Program-made: the position numbers and the translations under genes | The notes under the pieces: generated by a model | The model's database searches: none | What the model saw: the letters and a program-made list of their open reading frames with translations, nothing else | Told to the model about the DNA's origin: nothing | Assembly: GCF_963921235.1 (NCBI RefSeq) | Contig: NC_086097.1 | Coordinates: 92,630,001 to 92,694,000 of the forward strand | DNA: 64,000 nucleotides | Reading direction: 5' to 3' | Origin: Mobula hypostoma | Lineage: Eukaryota | Shown: piece by piece, positions 59,856-64,000 of the stretch | Numbering within the stretch: the first letter of the stretch is position 1 | Layout: each line of letters opens with the position of its first letter

Positions 59856-60035
59856 CAAAATAGCCGACATGTTCCTTCCCGCAGATGCCAGGACACGAAA
59901 CAATTTCATGGCAGCAGCAACTGGCACACCATAGCTACTGGTTATCGGTTCATCTGTTCTCAGAGTCTGAATCGTCCAGGTAGATGGTAAGAATTCTGAG
60001 ACAATTGTCTCCATTAGTCTTGGGCACCCTAGAAT
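59856..60035 (-). CDS. RPAP1: RPAP1 coding exon (180 nt, phase 0-0)
   Basis: ILGCPRLMETIVSEFLPSTW...VPVAAAMKLFRVLASAGRNMSAIL. Acceptor tcttgctcag|, donor |gtaact. Matches RPAP1 CPRLIETIVREFLP...AMKLLRVLASAGRN. Confidence 0.95.
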
Positions 60036-61238
60036 CTGAGCAAGAGAGAGACAGAAGGTACAATCTTAGAACAATTATTATCCCACTTTTAGATGCAGCA
60101 TCTCCAGCATCAACAGCTGTCGGGACAAAACCAGTGGTATCTACATATGGCCACCAAAGGGCCATTCCAATGTCTTTGCCCACGCAATCTTAACAAGTCC
60201 TCCTTGTGACTAGGATTATGGATTTAATAGAATAAATAGCCAAAATCTATTTCCACTGGTAGGAAAGTCAAGCAAATACAAATTTAGGATAACTGATAAA
60301 ACCGGAAGCTTATATTGAGAGGATTTATTTTGCCTTTTAAATGCAATAGATCATGATAATCTAGAAAAGGGTACTGAAAGCAAATTAAATTGGAATATTC
60401 AAGACATGTACCTGGAAAGGAAAAGATTGCAAAGCTTGGGTAAACAACACTGGATATGATTAACTAGACAGTCGCTTTATGGTACAGACACAGTGCTTTA
60501 ATGTGGGAGCTCCACTCAACTATTATTAACTGAATCTAAATGACTAATTTTGTGATCCCTTCTCTTTTATATTCTGCCTCATGCCTGCTTCTTCTATACT
60601 TTTATGAACAGTTTGCAGAAGCACATTACTTCCTGGGCTGGCAACACTTTTTTTAAAATAGCTCAATTCACAAGGTTTCTCTTCCCCTCCTCATGCACAT
60701 CATTTTTGCTAAGACACACATCTTTCAGGAGATCCACTGTTTTTCTCTGCTTCAAGTGTACTGCCCGCGTTCCCCACCACCCACCCTACAGACTCCTAGT
60801 TGTAATGCAAGTTTTGGAATACCATTTACATACTCATCTCTAGCTTAGATTGTAGGTTCAATTTCTGCTACGGCAGAGGATCCCATATAGCATTACTGCT
60901 GTTCGACTCAGGTGCTAAATGGAGGCTCCAGTTACTTATGGATGAACAGAAAAGTTGTCACATTTGAAACACAGGGGAGCTTCTCTCCAGAATTCTAAGC
61001 AGTATGTAGCTCTCAAGCAATTGACCATTTAGCATCACACTTCTGTTTGCAAGACCTGACTATTCATCAATGTTGAAATTCCTACATCACAACAGTGACT
61101 CAGTACTTCAATGGCAGTACAGAATCCTGGAATGTCCCAAATATATGAAATACTTGACATGACTATAAGTAAGTATTCTTTAATAGATGTGTGCAGAATT
61201 GTTAACATAAGAAGATAATTACTGTCAATGTTGATTAC

Positions 61239-61373
61239 CTGATTACAAGCCTCAGAAGAGTGTCTTGCTATTCGAATTAGCATCTCCAAAATATCAAGGA
61301 CGACTGAAGGCACAGGTCGGACAACTTCCAGAATGTAACGCAGACGGTGAAGAACTTTCATCTTCAGCAAACC
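61239..61373 (-). CDS. RPAP1: RPAP1 internal coding exon (first in window; 135 nt, phase 0-0)
   Basis: Encodes GLLKMKVLHRLRYILEVVRPVPSVVLDILEMLIRIARHSSEACNQ, resembling vertebrate RPAP1 (LRYVLEV...VVLDIL..LIRLARHS). Acceptor cccaatgcag| and donor |gtaatc on the minus strand. Confidence 0.95.
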
Positions 61374-63261
61374 CTGCATTGGGTAAGTGGGAAACAACAG
61401 AGACAATAAAACACAGCACAACCAAAGGAATTGAGGGCTTCTGTCTTTCTATCCCACCTCATCTCACAGTGAACAGAAAGATGTCACCTTAAGTTTAGAG
61501 CCAGGCCCTTGACTAGTGATGTCAAGAAATGTTTCTATCCAAAGGGTCAGCTGAAATTTACTAAACTGTGTAGCTATCAAGGCTGGCAGTCAACTGAAAA
61601 CTTCAAAGGTGTGACAATACTTATTTATTAGACATGGGATTTAAAGGTTATGAAACCAGAAAGGGCGAATGGAGTTGATCAGTGTGCCTTTGCCTTCCAT
61701 CTACAAGAAAGAACAATAAATGCAATCCTTACAACTTAAAAAGTCTGCTTCGTATGAGGAGGCATTTGGTCTTAGTGGCATGTTTGAAAGTTTATTCTTA
61801 AAAAGGCAAGCTGTTAGGCTCACATGCCCCTTTGTGTACCACAAGCTTAGTTAGTTGGGAAACTACCAAATCCATAAAATAAAGCTGTAGAAACTAAAAC
61901 ATCTAAACTGAATAAATAAGACTTCTTGGTGGCAGAATGGAAAAGGCACTCCAAGATGGTCCCAAATTTACAGCAGCTTCCATTTAAATAGTACTTTTAA
62001 TGTTCTGAAATGTTTCAGACCACGCACAAGAGAGTTAGTCATATTTGTCATTGAGTCAAAGAATGAGTTATTTGGACACGATCAAAGGTCGACTGTATGT
62101 CTTAAGCCACAGCGACAGAAGGAAAGAGGTAGCAAAGAAGAGGAACGTAGGAATGGTACTCCATGGTTTGGATTGTAGGCTGCCAAAGGCACAGGCACAG
62201 TGAAAATCAGAAGCAGTTGAAGGCTAAGAGGACACAGACCTTGGAGGATAGTAGATGATTATCAGGATCGGCAAAGAAATGGGGAACGTTCCTTTTCTGA
62301 TCATAATAACCTCCTGTAGGGCACCACAGTGAAATGAGGAAAGTGGATAGGCATTTAAACAAAAATTAAACTTCATGGTGAAAACGGCACTCCTAAGGGA
62401 AAACATTCCGTGTAATGATAAAACACAGGCACACAGACTCCAGAACAAGAGAGTCACAGAGAGAGAAGGAAATGAGGGGATAGAGGGCAGGATCGTGAAT
62501 GCTAAAACATATAAATATATGGAAGCAGATAAAGGGAAAAAAAGATGATTTAAAGGAAAAGCACCGCAAAACAATACTATGGAATGTTGAAAACTACAGG
62601 ATAACAGAGAGAAGTGAATCAATTCACTAGACACACAGAGGGAGTATCACGTAGGGCTAAGAAGAAAACAGCTCATGTGTGGATGAAATCATTTCCATCA
62701 GAAGCCGACAAGGGAACAGATGTATTTATGAGTAAAGGGCCAGATTCATTTAATGGCGAATAGACATTTATCTAACAACAATCATGATAAAATTAGTTCA
62801 AAAGAAGTCAAAAGGAAGTAGTAAAGCTGACAGTTTTAAGGGAAGCCGACGTTAAGCACTGAGAAAGAGAATCTCTGGAGTAAGCTGGCAAGTTCTGCTA
62901 ATGCATAAAACTGCAATGGAGCAGTTCACAATATGAAATGGAACCAGTTTATACCCCAAGGGCAAAATCTTTACTTGCCCAAAAAAACATGAAACAATTT
63001 AAAGTAAAAATACATAGAAAACCAAAAATCAGTGTGGTCATTGGAAGTGACAAAACACAATAAAAACTACAAAATGAGAAACAAAAACAGAACAAATGCA
63101 AATGATATCTTGTGTTAAGAAAAAAATGGCCCAGAAGCCTGGTCCCTTAAAAGTGGATAGTGGTGCTTTGGAAATGAAAAGTAAGCACTTGGCATCAACA
63201 TTCACAATAGAGAAGGAAGAAATCAAATACGGAATTGATTGGGACTAGCCACAATCACTGT

Positions 63262-63635
63262 TCGTTCGTTATGCACCGTGTCATATGATGTAGGCAATCT
63301 TGGACTTTCCATGATCATAATAGTTCTTGGCAAATTTTTCTACTTTAGAGGTTTGCAATTGCCTTCTCTGGTCGAGTCTTTACAAGACGGGTGACCCCAG
63401 CCATTACCAATACTCTTCAGAGATGGACTGCCTGGCGTCAGTGGTTGCATGACCAGGACTTGTGATATGCACCAACTGCTCATACAACCATCCACCACCT
63501 GCTCCCATGGCTTTGTGCGACCCTGATTGGGGGGGGGGCTAAGCAGGTGCTACACCTTTCCCAAGAGTGACCTGCAGGCTGGTGGAGAGGAGGAGTGCCT
63601 TACACCTCCTATGGTAGACACATACCTCCTCCGCA
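63262..63635 (-). mobile_element. SINE-like interspersed repeat (copy 2 of 2)
   Basis: Direct similarity to 16865-17230 over about 360 bp (gtctttacaaga.gggtgac, ctcccatggctt, ggagtgccttacac). Confidence 0.65.
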
Positions 63636-64000
63636 CCACCCGCAAAATCATCAGAAGGCAAAAAAAATAGCAGAAAAGTAGAATTAGTTGCACAAAAGGA
63701 TGACAAATCCCCAGGACTGTTACTTTTAATTCCATGATCCAGAGGTAGTTAAGAATGTTGCAGAAGCATAATCTTCCAAAACTAAAACAGAAAATGCTGC
63801 AAATATTTGCAGAAGTCATTGACATGTAATGCTAGTTCTCTTTACATAGATGCTGCCTGACGTATTGAATATTTCTCACACTCGCAGTTTTAAGTTTCAG
63901 ATTTCCAGTAACCTTATCACAATGCTTTTATAAGCTTCCAAACTTGTCTCAATTTGGGATCCGTTCATTTGGATGGGAAAATTTCACTCTTTAGATTATT

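Overview
Vertebrate genomic DNA, most likely a cartilaginous fish (ray or shark). That assignment rests on the repeat landscape: abundant CR1 LINEs, HE1/V-SINE-like and Deu-domain SINEs, and Rex1/Babar, L1 and Penelope elements. The only host gene is RPAP1 (RNA polymerase II-associated protein 1) on the minus strand. I mapped 11 consecutive internal coding exons between 61373 and 22561. All have GT-AG sites and compatible phases, and together they give 2418 nt (806 codons) of open frame. The N-terminal exons lie beyond the right edge. I could not find the final C-terminal exon(s) in 1-22560, so they probably lie beyond the left edge. The rest is intron, mostly layered transposable elements. 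These include a full-length L1 with TSDs carrying four nested insertions, many 5'-truncated CR1 and Rex1 fragments, Penelope GIY-YIG fragments with hammerhead-ribozyme cores, hAT and Tc1 relics, and a putative solo LTR with a CTCF motif. The most interesting observations are a composite MITE-flanked DNA element present twice with the same cargo, a near-intact minimal hammerhead plus a family of short palindromic Penelope-derived elements, and several unexplained hairpins and inverted repeats. I found no convincing novel protein-coding system. Almost all listed ORFs are TE fragments, exon read-throughs or noise. Family names come from recalled motifs and by-eye comparison, not database searches, and TE boundaries without a TSD are approximate.
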